A stretch of DNA of 34,654 bases from Hyphochytrium catenoides (lineage: Eukaryota > Protista > Hyphochytriomycota). The stretch is from positions 1 through 34,654 of the forward strand of contig FLMG01004369.1 of NCBI GenBank assembly GCA_900088475.1, written 5' to 3'. The position numbers and the translations under genes were made by a program. Of this stretch, positions 33,940 through 34,654 are shown piece by piece (the stretch's first letter is position 1; each line of letters opens with the position of its first letter). The notes under the pieces were generated by a model. The model had not been told where the DNA came from, ran no database searches, and worked only from the letters and a program-made list of their open reading frames with translations.

Positions 33940-34654
33940 TTTATGCAACTTAGAATGTTTTCCTACAGTGCACGCTGTCAACAGGTGTGTGTCCTCTAAA
34001 GCAAGGCACGCAGAAGGGCTCGGTTCTGCGTGATGGCACCTTAGCACTTCAGACTAGAGTCTAAAGCTTACTCGTATAAGGGTTACCTTTCGCAGGCACG
34101 TAAGTCTTTTAGCCGTACATCTCATGCTCTAGTTCATTATAGACATTATGGCTATGTTCAGACTAAAAGTGAGTCTTCATCGAGATCAGCTGGCGAGTAT
34201 GTCGCAGCAGGAGGTGAAGATTTGATGAAGATCCAGATGCAGATGAAGATCATGAAGATTGAAGCTTGACAACGCTTTGGGAGGCCGCTAACGCAACTGT
34301 ATTCCTTTTATTGTCGCGTTTTGAAATGGTAGCGACGGAGTACCTTATTGATAAGCGCCGTAGGTCTTCATCACTAAGATTAGTATTGGGTCAAGCGACA
34401 AAATATGGACACCATGCAAAATAACGTTTAAAGTTGCATATCTTTCTATAGAAGCATACCTCTCCCTTATTAGCACCAATCCTCATCTTTGCATGTAAAT
34501 TACAATTAAATCTTTCAAGAGTGGGTATGCATATCAGCCAAGGTTTCGGAAGTATATTGGCGACGGGATCTAAGGGTGGGTGGGATCTCTCGCGTTGACG
34601 GCAATCGGCGGCTCTGCCTCGACTTCGCATCTCTGGAGCTCTGTCTCCATAATG

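Overview
Eukaryotic, intron-rich, gene-dense genomic DNA (standard code, GT-AG spliceosomal introns, abundant CT/GA microsatellites, three N gaps). It is probably from a protist or alga such as a stramenopile, but that is inference. Manual splicing gives eight protein genes: ASPM/abnormal spindle (+, 1023-10413), MO25/CAB39 (-, 10821-13753), a PHT1/PHO84-family phosphate transporter (+, about 14742-16780), a UBE2T-like E2 with a very long acidic tail (-, 17179-18559), an ACAA2-type thiolase (+, 23410-24737), diphosphomevalonate decarboxylase MVD (-, 25330-28317), an uncharacterised coiled-coil protein (+, 29489-32879) and a mitochondrial MaoC/HTD2-type dehydratase (-, 33048-33939). A compositionally distinct block of about 3.6 kb (about 19370-22985) holds a 5'-truncated pogo/Fot1-like transposase relic. 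I cannot demonstrate a wholly new biological system. The best leads are: (i) a phosphate transporter that keeps all Pi-binding residues but lacks three proton-relay aspartates; (ii) a UBE2T with a ~120-residue D/E tail, an NLS and a retainable in-frame intron; (iii) introns with a 5' GA-rich / 3' CU-rich architecture that might self-pair; (iv) a hidden N-terminal KEN box and a GC-AG intron in ASPM; (v) a Cys-rich tail on MO25; (vi) loose co-location of thiolase, MVD and HTD2. Most short ORFs in the supplied track are antisense shadows or microsatellite read-throughs.
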